Source: Podarcis liolepis
Lineage: Eukaryota
Direction: 5' to 3' (one strand)
Assembly: GCA_965112155.1 (NCBI GenBank)
Contig: OZ218105.1
DNA: 64,000 nucleotides
The position numbers and the translations under genes are program-made. Positions 50,931 through 63,095 of this stretch are shown piece after piece. Below the pieces are notes generated by a model. That model was given only the letters and a program-made list of their open reading frames with translations. It made no database searches and was not told the origin of the DNA. Position 1 is the stretch's first letter. Every line of letters begins with the position of its first letter.

Positions 50931-52005
50931 CTATTCTGATTCAGGGCATTGGATACTTATTTAAGTAGTCTGAACACAGCAGGGTGTACCCATAAGAACA
51001 TGAGAAGTGTTTTTAACATTCCATATGCAGAGAAGGTGATATCTGGCCACCCTTCCTGATGTTATTCTAAAAGTGAATTGGAAACGAGATTTCCTTACAG
51101 CTTTGGCTGCTGACCTTTCAAAGAGACTCCGTAATGAATTTAATAACACTGGAGACTATGACTAGCATGAAATAAGTTGTGGTAACCAATGGATACTTTC
51201 ACACTTAGAAACAAAGATATCCTATATTAGCATATGGCATAAGGATCATTTGAGAGCAGTGGTCTGTAGTTATTAAAGACCTTTGCAAGCTGATTTCTGA
51301 TTTTTGGAAGAAGAAGGCAAGGCAGCAGGTTTTGAGTAGCATCATTTTATCCCTGGGTTGGGAGAAGGAAATAATTGATGATAACAATAAAATTAATAAA
51401 TGGAAAGCAATCAACCCCTCTGGTCTGTTCTTGAGCAAAAAAAGCTGAAGAGTTTGTTCTGATGCTTTATATTTGCGCCAGTACTTGGAATGAAAGCAAG
51501 AGAATTTGTCTTTGTCAGCCAGCTACATATTATACAGAATAAAGCAGCAATAAAACAAGATCAAAATAAAATGTCTGTCCAAGGAAATAGCTGAAAATAT
51601 CTAGCATTCATTTCTAGTTTTCCCTCCTGTTGGCAGAAGGAATTCACTAAAAGAAATAGTTGTCACTTGTTTTGAAGCCTAGAATGAGAAATAATGAACA
51701 CACTTATTGCAAGAGAAGCCATGTGCTGGTTTCTTAGATGTCTCCATTATAATACAGAAAAGTCCAACTGTTCCGATTATCAAAACATGCCTCCTTCCAT
51801 TTAAACGCCTTAATTGTGAACTGGAGCTGTCAGAACTCTTTCCATAATAGTTAAAAAGTGTCACTGGGGAAACAAGAAAGGAAAAGAGGATTGGGGTGAA
51901 TGTGTTTGAACGAATGACTAGTCACCGAAGGAGGAGACTACATCCTCAGAAAGTGTTTGCTTGCTTGCTTGCTTGTTTGATTGTTTTGCAGAGATAAACA
52001 CATAT

Positions 52006-52149
52006 TCAGAAAGTTTTACTGACTTGGAGCTCCAGAGAGTTTACTTCCCATGAACCATTCTAAATTGGCATATTGGTGGACTAATGGATTAATGGTCCAC
52101 AGGAACTAATCTTAAATCCCTAGAGCTCCAAGTCAGTAAAGCTTTTTGA
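52006..52149. repeat. Inverted-repeat (MITE-like) element
   Basis: TCAGAAAGTTTTACTGACTTGGAGCTC (52006-52032) pairs with GAGCTCCAAGTCAGTAAAGCTTTTTGA (52123-52149) at 25 of 27 positions. Confidence 0.8.
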
Positions 52150-53654
52150 GGATGTGCTGAAACCCACCTGTATTTAATAAATCTTCACTGACTACAGAAA
52201 GCTGCAAATCTGGGGCTTATTTGGGCATGCATCTCAGTCGTATATATGTTGACTTGTAATAAAGTTCTGCTGCGTTTGATGCCGCTTGCTCCTAAGTAAG
52301 TGTACAGAGCACTGCAGCCTAAGGCTCTGTAGAAATGTATATTTTTTTACAGTGATTCCCTCTTTACTGGCACATTGGCTCAAGTTCTAATCTCTTTTGG
52401 TGGCTAGATAATCAGATAAATGTAATGAAGGAGAGGAAGAACATTGCTGCAGGTGGGAGAGCCTTGCTTCTGGCGAAAAATAACAATCTGCTTTCTCATT
52501 TAAAAGGATTTTCAAACCTACTTTGAAGTTTCAACTCAGTACTACTTTGGCGGATTCTGACATTACATTTTGTCATGACAGAAAGCATTACCTCAAGATG
52601 TAAGATCTACAAGGATACTGGGGGAAGGATCACAAATAGGAAACTAAATTCTTGCCTGCACATGAATTTAAGTACCTACATTGTCAAGATATGGCTACAC
52701 AGCAGCAATCAGGTAGTTCTTGAATGGATGCAGTAACAAATGCTGCAATGGGCCTTCCAGCTACCAAAGCACCTTCATTAATTAAAGCTGCCTTGAAATC
52801 AAAAACTCTCTGACCACTGCATACATATGCATTTTAAGGGGACGTGTTTAACCTGGCTCCTACTTCGACTGGAGACTACTCTGTTTGCAGACATCTCCAT
52901 TAATATTTTCTAGAATGCTGAAACTTGAGTGTAATGTTTTTGCACCAAATAAAAACGCAGAACAAGGATCTCCTTTTAGCATGGATGCTACTGAAAGCTG
53001 TTTCAGTTCTTCCATCAACACTGGAAGTGGCCAACACATTCAGTCAATATGTATGTTAAAAAAAAGATTCACTATCCCTCCCCTTTCCTATGAGTGCTGG
53101 CAGCAAGAGAGTCTAACGAATCTATTGTCAGTAAACATAGTTTATTTCAGATCATGGAATGTGAACTGAAAAGTCATTCATGCATGTGAATGCACTACTG
53201 TTCAAGGAAGTGTTTCTTCCCATCTTGCATTCCAAAGCATGATTCATGAACTGACGCTTCTGTTAATCAAATAAAGTGTGCTACTAGCTCTGATTCTCTC
53301 TCACCCAACTTTCTGCCATAATTTCATAACAGTTAGTTTTGCTACCATAGAAATATTCATAAGATAACATGAAGATTTCCTTTTCTTCTTACTAGCTTGT
53401 TTGACTGACTCTGTAGTTCAAGGGTAGACATATTCCGGTCTGCCAAGGGCCACATTTCCTACAGGGTAATCTGTTGGGGGGCATATGCTGGCAGTAGGCA
53501 GGATCAAAGCCAAAAGGGGAGGATTTTTTATTATATTAAGAAGTATAAAAAGTATAAAGAAATAAATATCAAATCCATGGAGAGGTCCAACAGAATATAC
53601 TGGGGTATACTTCCTTGATCCACCACAATTGACCTTGCCTATTGTTATCTCCAA

Positions 53655-54030
53655 GGGACGCAGGTGGTGTTGTGGTCTAAACCTCTGAGCCGAGGGCTTG
53701 CCAATTGGAAGGTTGGTGGTTTGAATCCCCGCGACAGGGTGAGCTCTCATTACTCAGTCCCAGCGCCTGCCAACCTAGCAGTTTGGAAGCACGTCAAAGT
53801 GCAAGTAGATAAATAGGTACCGCTCTGGCAGAAAGGTAAATGGTGTATCCGTGCGTTACTCTGGTTTCGCCAGAAGCAGCTTAGTCATGCTGGCCACATG
53901 ACCCGGAAAAACTGTCTGCGGACAAACGTTGGCTGCCTCAGCCAGTAGAGTGAGATGAGCATCACAACCCCAGAGTCGTCTGTGACTGGACTTAACTGTC
54001 AGGGGTCCTTTACCTTTACCTTTTACCTTT
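53655..54030 (+). mobile_element. Full-length Sauria SINE
   Basis: Same family as 5844. (ACCTTT)n tail and TSD tt(a/g)tctccaa. Confidence 0.92.
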
Positions 54031-54944
54031 GTCTCCAAATTCGAAAGGCATGTGAATAATTGGATGAACCTGCTTAAGAAAAACATTCAAAGAATTTTCA
54101 GAAGAGGACATTTCAGTAAAACTAGTAAAATCTCTTTGCACATTCCCAATTTTGAAAGACAGCTATTGAGACTCCCAAAAGTGCAGCAGCATTGAGGTCT
54201 ATAATGGCTGCCATCCCTCTTGTGCATTACATTAGAGAGAGGAACCATGTGGAATATGATATTGTTGGACTTGAATGCCATCTCTCATCAGCCCCAGTCC
54301 ACATGGCTCATGGCCAAGGATGATGGGAGTTGTAGTTGTACAACAGAAGGCCACAGGTTCCCAACCCTGCATTGCAAGTTGGGCCCAAAATATTGAACAA
54401 CTCCTGTTTGGATTCATGTCAGCCTAAGTAAAGGGTTGAAAAGAAACCATTCTCTTTGCTGTTGCTGTTGTCTGGACAAGCCATGATGTTCTACAGCTTT
54501 GAAATGTTTATTCATCTTGGCACTCATTTAAACACAAATTGTCTATTGGACATCAACTAAAATTGCTGCCTTTGACAGTATTTTAGGAACATTTATGCTG
54601 AATATACATGGCAATTAAAAATGGGGGGGGGGGAGATGTTTCCAATGAACTGCATCAGTTAAGAAAATCATGGCTCTGGATATATTCTCCTTTCCATCAC
54701 ACATGCTGGGCTCATAGAATGTTCCATGTGACTGTCTAATCCAAACCTCAAAACACTCCACTGGTGAAAGCCCCATTTATTAGCTCTTACAGTATTTGCT
54801 TGTGTGTGAGAGAGAACATCCTTGCACGTGCACCATTTTGCCATTGCCATTTCTTTTGGTTTGTTGCTTTCCTTTCCTTCAGTTTCAGACTTCAGAAGCT
54901 GAGGTAGGGGATCTGAGATAATTTGAAATAAAGAGGAAGGGAAC

Positions 54945-55082
54945 CAGTGAGGTTTTTTCCCCAGAAGGCACTCAAGGGTACGCAGTACCGACACCACTTT
55001 TTTGTTGTTAAAAAGTGTGGCACTAACTGTAACAGCTTCATGGTGAGTACTGGCACCTCTTTCTCTAGAAAAAAAAGCACCG
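54945..55082. mobile_element. hAT-type MITE
   Basis: Termini CAGTGAGGTTTTTT / AAAAAAAGCACCG with an 8-bp TSD AAGGGAAC / AAGGAAAC. Confidence 0.7.
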
Positions 55083-55217
55083 AAGGAAACACACAAGTGG
55101 ATTCGTGAACAGGTCATATTAACTGACTCTTTCAAATTGTACTGCCAAACATACTAGAATGTAAATGGGCTTGTAGGCACTTCCAGTGCATGAAAGCCAG
55201 AGAACAAGATCTGGACA

Positions 55218-55410
55218 GCTGTGGGGTTGCGCACTCATCTCGCCCTATAAGCCGAGGGAGCCGGCGTACAGCTTCCGGGTGACGGGTCATGTGGCCAGCA
55301 TGACTAAGCCACTTCTGGCGAACCAGAGCAACGCACGAAAATGCCATTTACCTTCCCGCCTATTTATCTACTTGCATTTTTACATGCTTTCAAGCTGCTA
55401 GGTGGGCAGG
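55218..55410 (-). mobile_element. Internal Sauria SINE fragment
   Basis: Reverse complement of the body of 5844-6194. Confidence 0.88.
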
Positions 55411-58103
55411 ACTACATTTCATAGAGGGGCATAAATATGGTTTGCATTTTTATCACCAAGCAAAGACTTTGACATTCATACATGTATTTGGATGGCAATT
55501 TATAATATAAATGATACCAGACATTTCATTTCGAACTTCAATATTTTTTCTACAGAATTCAATGAAACTCTTGACAAGGCTGTAACATGTGCTATTTCAG
55601 AGATTTTTTCCCCCTATTACTTGCAGCCTGAAATTTTGCACATTTACTCAGAGGTAAGCCCTACAGAGTTCAGTAGGCCTTATGCTCAGGTAAATGTGTA
55701 TAGGATTGCACCCACCCTTAGACTAAAAGCACCTCAGTTTACAGTAGGTCAGTGGGGGGTGGGGAATAATTCCAAATAAATACCTCTCATCTGAGCAGTT
55801 GTCTATTATTGCTAGTCGATTTGGTGACGAGATCCGAAAAACTAGTATTCAAGGTTTATCACTGTTACTTTTCAGTGGGTAGACATCTTGATCAGTAGAT
55901 GTCTCCAGTCTGATGTCTTCCAGATGTTTTGGAGTACCACACACCTGTCTACACACTTTGCTTCATATCTCAAATTCTACAAGGATTAAAGACTTGCTTT
56001 CTTAGATGAGGAGGAACCCATGGAATGACCCTTATTCCTCTCTCAGAGCTACACAGGGCCAACAAATCCCTCTTTCTGGGAACACCATAAGTGTTATAGT
56101 TCTGAGGGGAATAGGAATCCACTAACAACTCTCAACACCCTCAACAAACCACAGGTGCCAGGATTCTTTATGGTGACTGTGTAAAATGGTACAATACTGC
56201 TTTAAATGTATAGTGCAGATGGGGACAGATTCTGATACCATTATCTTCAGAAGTTATGGTCTTTGTCACTCTGAGTACTTAGAGACGGAAGAACCCCAAA
56301 CGGTCAGTTGGAACAAAATTCCAGCTTTTCTTTTTGGTTTGCACATATGATCCAGATTCTTTGTTGACTACACACTAAGTAAGTATGTTGCGAGGGGGGT
56401 GTATCTCTGTTTTGTTTTTCCTCCAGAAGTTCCTATGGCCTCTATTGTAATCAATTTGAACGCAGGATTCCATCAAGTCATATGTAGTTCAGTTATTGAT
56501 TCCTTCTAACAGGTGCAGAAAATAACCTTCAGATGCATGAAAATCAATTTGCACTAACCTTTCCTAAAATTGTGTTGCAAACCCTTCATTTCCAGAGAAT
56601 TCATATATGTATTCCAAGTCCATCTTCCTAAATATCTCCTCAAATTGATTTGTTTATCCATTGCAGTGGCAGCAGCTGGTAGAACTTGGAAGCAGCAACT
56701 GTAATTAAGGGACAAGGCAGAGAGAGAGAAAGAAAAAACTTTGAAGGGAAAAATGACCCCATCCTTTCTTCAGCTGCTTATTATGAGAACATTTATGATA
56801 TTTATACCCTGGCACGTGGGCCTAGTGCAACATAGTTTCTGTCAAACAGAATATCTGCTTTGTCTTATTATCTCAGATTTTGTTCCTAGGCTAGTGTTAA
56901 TCAAAACTTAATTTGAAAGTTAAAGGAAATGTTACTTTAATTCATTTCTTAGGTGCTTGGAAAAGCCTGTACACTGCTTTACATCTACCATCAATTTGTG
57001 TAAGTTTCCTAAAAGAAAAGGGGGAAAAGAGCAATTTTGTAATGGAGCCTAAACCATTTTTCACAAGTGGAATAGTAATTATTGTGGTGTGTTAGCAATT
57101 TTTTAATCTTTCATTGTTTTATCTTTTTGTCAACCGCTTCAAGCTTCTTTCTTTTTTTACAATCAAGCGGTGTATAAGTTTTATGAAATAAATAAATATT
57201 GATCCTAAACTTGATTGTACTGCCACAACCAGCAAAAAACAAACCCAAACAACCTGGCTTTTGCTGTCAAAGAATGGCACGTATTGTCATTGGAAAGATA
57301 CAGCAGGTGAACATTCAACATAAATAGCTAAGCCAACTTCAGAACCATTCTGCTGCGAATCACGAACATAGAAGCAGGAAATACCTGCCATTAGTCCCAG
57401 TCTGTTGAGCCACTGAATGGCTACTGCATCCTAAATCATAGGAAGTACCTCCCCATCCCAGCCCCGAATGAGATGTGTTAGTAAATCTCTGTGTGCATAA
57501 CTTTTGCTCTACCAGGATGCTCAAGGTATGAACTCACAATAATTGCAGATTAATGACAGAATGTTGGCCCCTTGCATGATGCCCCTGCTCTTCTTGCCAA
57601 GATTAGGATGAGGCATTAGCTGACACAGCACAAACTATTAACAGCAGCTGATACAGCACCAGTATGGGTACAGCTCATGGTCTCTTTCATCCCACCCTCC
57701 TTTATTTCCTTGTCATTTTGGGACTGTAGCATAGCTGTGTATTGAGCATTGTTAATGACCTCAAGCAAAGTCCTCTCCCTCTAGAACCTCCGCAATACAG
57801 TTTCTGGAATTCTATATTTTGGATAACATTGCTCCACAATTCAAATCCCTGGTTCTTTAGGAAATCTAATACAATCTGTAATGCAAACAAGTGGCAGGGA
57901 GCAAAATTTGGATGAAAGGTCACCCTCTGCCAGCTTTTGAGTGCTTTTGCAAAGAGTACTGGGCTACATAGAGCTGTAGTAATGGCCTGTCTATCTGGAA
58001 TTGGTAATGCATTTAAGGCTGCAGTTCTGTATATACTTAGGCTGCAGTTCTATCCACACTTACCATGAATTCAATAGAACTTACTTCTGACTAGACATGG
58101 TTA

Positions 58104-58339
58104 AAGGTAAAGGGACCCCTGACCATTAGGTCCAGTTGTGACTGACTCTGGGGTTGTGGCACTCATCTCGCTTTATTGGCTGAAGGAGCCGGCATTTGTC
58201 CACAGACAGCTTCCGGGTCATGTGGCCAGCATGACAAAGCCACTTCTGATTGACCAGAGCAGCGCACGGAAACGCCGTTTACCTTCCCACTGGAGCGGTA
58301 CCTATTTATCTACTTGCACTTTGACGTGCTTTCGAACTG
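58104..58339 (-). mobile_element. 5'-truncated Sauria SINE
   Basis: Reverse ACCTTT tail and body with a perfect 13-bp TSD CTAGACATGGTTA (58091-58103 / 58340-58352). Confidence 0.92.
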
Positions 58340-59010
58340 CTAGACATGGTTAGGATTGCCCTGTTACCCAGGAGCAAGCCTGATTAAACATAGTAGAACA
58401 TACATTTGAATAAACATGTGTAGAACTGTGTGGTCAATATCTATAGATGTTTTAATTCTCTTATAGTTTAATTACTTTTAAACTATAACATTTCAGACAT
58501 TGTTAGCTTTCTGTGTTTTATCTGTGCTGTTTTAATTTGTGCAAGCTACCTTGAGTCACGGTCTAGGGAAGAGATGGGATATAATAAACATAATCATCAT
58601 AATCCTACCCCAGGGAATACTTTACAGACTTTGGGAAATGTCTCACCGCTGTAAGTGGGGCAGGGAAGAACTGGGTGCTGCTTTTGGTAGGGAGCTATTG
58701 CCCAGTACCAGTGAAGAGAAAGCAGCCATCACCAGTAACATCATTTGGACTCGTTCCTCCAGTTTTCTATGATATTGAGGATAGAGGTCAGTGGGACTCC
58801 AGGTAAGTGTGTATAAGATTGTAGTTTAAACTCCCTGTGTCTCTAACTTCCCCAAAGCCAATACATTTCCTCACAAGGTACCTTTATGCAGCATGATCAT
58901 TATATACAGATTGCATATGCAGCTCTTAAATTATTATGACTAGAATGAAATATTTTGCATTTTGACCTAGCCATTTTTATTTTCAATATCTTAATAAATT
59001 GTGCTTTCAA

Positions 59011-59135
59011 ACAGCATGATGCTGATAATGCCAAGGTCGCAGGTTTGATCCCCAAATGGGACAGCTACTTATCCCTGCATTGCAGGGGATTAGACTAGAT
59101 GATTCTCAAGGTCCTTTCCAACTATTCTATGATTC
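59011..59135 (+). mobile_element. tRNA-Ile-derived SINE (5' eroded) with CR1-type tail
   Basis: agcatgatgctgataatgccaaggtcgcaggtttgatcccc resembles the tRNA-Ile anticodon and T arms. The tail is ctgcattgcagggg..gactagatga..ttccaact attctatgattc. Confidence 0.78.
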
Positions 59136-60048
59136 ACTGTGAAAAGAACTGCATAAAAAAGTCAGCATGAAAATATGAGTGAAAGCCCCAGGAAAGGCAC
59201 TTGCAACCCAAAGTATTGTTTTAGCTGTAGGTGAATCATTGGCAGGAGCAACTGCTGACTTAGCAATTTGGATTAAACAGTTTGCTTTCCATTCTTGCTA
59301 ACTGCAAGAACATATATATATACTAGGTCTTTTTACGGGATGCAGACGTAATTATAGCACTTGCTAAACTTGCTGAGAATTGCATTTCCTAGGGTGCGTT
59401 TATGTATATTTTTGCTTGTCTCTGGGTATAATATTTACTTTGGATCTCTTCAAAAGGCAGTTTCACTCATCTGGCTGTGCACAGCTTTGGGAAAATGCTT
59501 GTGTAGAGAATCACTTCCTCTCTCAAGCGTTATACTTTGAATTGCATTTGAGAATTGATTTTCAAGTTCCAACTTTGATCAAATGACTCCTGAGAGATCA
59601 GCAGGACTCATCTTCTCCGATTTCTTCATTTGTTCCACTGACACAATAATCATCAAGTGGCCTCTGTAGATCAGCACACCGCCTATGGAATGGATGATGT
59701 CAGGGACCGAGCAGAACAGAGAACCTGCTACTTCCCTTGCAAGATTTGATCCTTGAACAAATGGCCTCAAGGCCTATTGTTTTTCTTTGATGGTGATGAG
59801 GTAGACAAAGCAAAAGCTACCCTTGGCAGCATACTATTTGAGCATCTTGTACTGAGGCAGGAAGATGGGATGTCGATGCTCAAATATCCTATGCAGCTTC
59901 TTAGTCCAAATGTGCTCTGAGCTTTTCTTGCATGAAGTAGTGGAATAGGATTCCTTGGCAAATGAAAGACTGATGTGGCTAATGCCTCCCCCAAGACACA
60001 CCCACTCAAAGCTTCACAAGTCACTGTTTGCCTAATGATAGCTTAATA

Positions 60049-60186
60049 CAGCGGTTCTCAACCTGTGGGTCCCCAGATGTTGTTGGACTACAACTCCCAT
60101 CATCCCTGAGCTCTGACCTTGCTAGCTACGTGTGAAGGGAGTTGTAGTTCAACAACATCTGGGGACCCACAGGTTGAGAATGGCTG
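60049..60186. mobile_element. hAT-type palindromic MITE
   Basis: Long TIRs TTCTCAACCTGTGGGTCCCCAGATGTTGTTG... with a perfect 8-bp TSD GCTTAATA. Confidence 0.92.
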
Positions 60187-60333
60187 GCTTAATAAATCCT
60201 GGATGTTAGACAGCTTAGTTTCTCCTGTTTTGGGTGGTAGCTTTTAGAGTTCTACAATTTTAGATCCCCCCCCTTTAGTTGGTGTCAGCTCTGGGCCATA
60301 GACTGGGACCCAAGCTAGAAAGGATGTTAAATC

Positions 60334-60821
60334 CGAGACCAGGGAGAAGAATCGGTGGAAGAAGACTGGAAAAAGTTTAAAGACTATTTACAGAAATACT
60401 GTAAAATTAATGAATGTTAGAAAAATGTTGGAATGAAGTTATATGGCTTTAGTAGAAAGGTTATAAGGAATTAAGTATGGATAGATTAATCGAGTATTAA
60501 AGGGAAAAATAAGGTTAGAATGTGTTAAGATAATTATAGGATAGAAAACAGAGGAAGATGGAAAGGAATTGCTGAAACAATTAACAGAAGTGGAACACAA
60601 AAAGGGAGGTGTGAGGAGGTCGTGGAAATAAGTGAATGAAAGATAAGATATTGAAATTGTATTGTGTTTTAAATGGTTTTTGTTTTGTTTTGTTAGTTGT
60701 TTGTGTTAGTGTTTTGTAGTGTTTTTTGTATTGTAATGTATTGTTGTATTGTTTTTTTTCTTTTTTCTGTAGTGTTGTGTTTAAATTGTTGAAAAATTAA
60801 TAAATATTATTTTTTAAAAAA
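60334..60821 (+). mobile_element. 5'-truncated L1-type LINE (ORF2 C-terminus and 3' UTR)
   Basis: RDQGEESVEEDWKKFKDYLQKYCKINEC*, a T/G-rich UTR, AATAAA and an A-rich end. 18-bp TSD TAGAAAGGATGTTAAATC (60316-60333 / 60822-60839). Confidence 0.85.
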
Positions 60822-61309
60822 TAGAAAGGATGTTAAATCTGAGATTGCATTTAACATGTCTGTTTCTTCCTCTTTGGAAAAATGCTTGTGGGTGGCTCAG
60901 AAATGGGACCATGGTAGGTAGGTTGGGAGTTTATTTTTTAACTGCAGTTATACAGCCACTTCATATGGGGAATTAAACCAAGAGGCACACAAAATAACAA
61001 TAACACATTTAAAATACAGTATGCAACAGTGAAACTATAACTGATTAACAAAAAAATTAAAGCGCAAGTTAGAAAGTGGCGTAACTCCTCCATCTGCTGA
61101 CATGCCACTTAGCACCTTCTGGACAAATCTTGACACTGCCTGGCTGGAACAAAGGCTTTAAGGTAGACTTCGCCAACTAGCTGGGGCTGATGGGAGTTGT
61201 AGTTCAAAACATCTGGAGGGCACCAGGCTAGAGAAGGCCCAAACTGCACGGTAGGTGGGGTGTGTGACTGCTTCTATATTTTCTTCTAGAATCACCATGA
61301 ATATGTGTA

Positions 61310-61547
61310 CAGTGGTACCTCAGGTTAAGTAATTTGTTCCGGAGGTCCGTACTTAACCTGAAACTGTTCTTAACCTGAAGCACCACTTTAGCTAATGGGG
61401 CCTCCTGCTGCCGCCGCGCCACCGGAGCATGATTTCTGTTCTCATCCTGAAGCAAAGTTCTTAAGCCGAGGTATTATTTCTGGGTTAGCGGAGTCTGTAG
61501 CCTGAAGCGTATGTAGCCTGAAGCATATGTAACCTGAGGTACCACTG
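61310..61547. mobile_element. Tigger/pogo-like MITE
   Basis: TIR CAGTGGTACCTCAGGTTA / TAACCTGAGGTACCACTG with TA TSD. Confidence 0.92.
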
Positions 61548-62509
61548 TACTTACAATGTGCTTGATGTTTCCCCGCCTCAGCTGTACATTGTCTGCCACA
61601 CTGAGACTCTGTGTTGGATTCTATTTATGTCTTATATCTCTGACCTTTCCTTCTTCTGAATTATTCCAAGAATGGGTTACAAGCATTGTTATATCCCATG
61701 GTATCATATGTTACTTGGGCGCATTAGGCTACAGCAGGGTCTCAGCAAATAAGCCAGGTTCAAGTGATTTTTACATGATTTTTTTTACATGACTGATTCA
61801 AATTCATAGGTGCAGCAAGAAGGAACTGCAGAACTTTTGTCCTTCAAATGTTAGGTCTCTCACGCCATCCAACTTCAGTTTTCACAGCAATTGATATAAC
61901 TGTTTGAAGACTATGCATAATTGATCTAGGATAATAGGTAGCTTATCTGTATAAACATTGTTTAATGTTCTGGCCAATGAAAGTGCTCCTTTTGAAAACC
62001 AGCCTAAGAGAGAAAATGAAGCCAGTAGTAGAATTACATTAAGATTTCAAAATAGAAAACCCGCAGTCTCATTATGTAGTGTATCAGCTTAACAGATGAA
62101 ATTGGGTAAAGTCTGACTACGTAGGCAAAAAAAAAAAGTTATCATTAATGAACAAAAGGGTTGTGATAGTTAAAAAATAAAGCTAATCCTAGGTAATTTG
62201 TGAGATTTAAATTTCAAAATAGCCCAGAAACCACTTTTCAGAGATTACTATCAAAGAGGGTTCGGAAATTCAGGAATAACACTATGATTTTAAGAAGACA
62301 TGGAAGAAAAGATGATGCCCATCAGCTGTCACAATCAGCAATGAGGTCACCATCCTCTTCTGACCCCTGGCACTGATGCAGCACAGGGATGGTAGCTGGC
62401 TTCTCTCTCCTCTTCTGCCCCACCCCGAGTCCTAGAGTTATGTCGCTTTGGGACCTTAGTGGCCTTGGCCACTTTCAATCTTTTTGATGTCTGCAGAGCT
62501 GCCAAAAAC

Positions 62510-63095
62510 GGCACAGTATGGAATGGTTTGGTCCTCCATCTGGATGCAAAATGCCATCCAATGGTATATACCAAAATCTGCTCTTTGCTTCCAGGAACCA
62601 TAATGCCAATTTGGGTGATGATATCCAAAGTGGCATCCAAAGTGTACTTTAGAATGGTCTCACCAAGATGGGTGATGATATCACCAGGGGATTCCTATCT
62701 AGTGCAACTTGGAATGGTTTGCTCCACCATCTGGACTCAAAATCAAATGTAGACAAAAACCTGTTTCTCATTCTTGGGAACCATCACACCAAATTGGGAA
62801 TCAGTATCTTCAGAGGCATGTGAAGCAGCTCAGTTTGGAGATGTTCAGTCCACCACCTGAATTCAAAATGGCATGCGATAGTATCCAAACATAGAACAAA
62901 ACCTGTTCTTTGCTCCATGGAACCACCATGCCAAATTGGGTGACAATATCTTCAGAGGCATCCAAATGGGAGCAGTTTGGAACCGTCATGTCTAACTGGG
63001 CAAAATCATGCCAAATTGGGCAACAATACTTTAAGAGGAATCCAATTTGGCACAGTTTGGAATGATTTCGCCTGCCATCTGGATTCAAATGTTCC
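62510..63095. repeat. Degenerate modular tandem repeat
   Basis: Recurring modules GGAACCAYCATGCCAAATTGGG...ATATC...GAGGCATCCAA and CCAYCTGGATTCAAAAT. Confidence 0.75.

Noticed and set aside
54668-55135. 155-aa minus-strand ORF
   Set aside because: It spans a hAT MITE and unique flank with no homology or exon signals.
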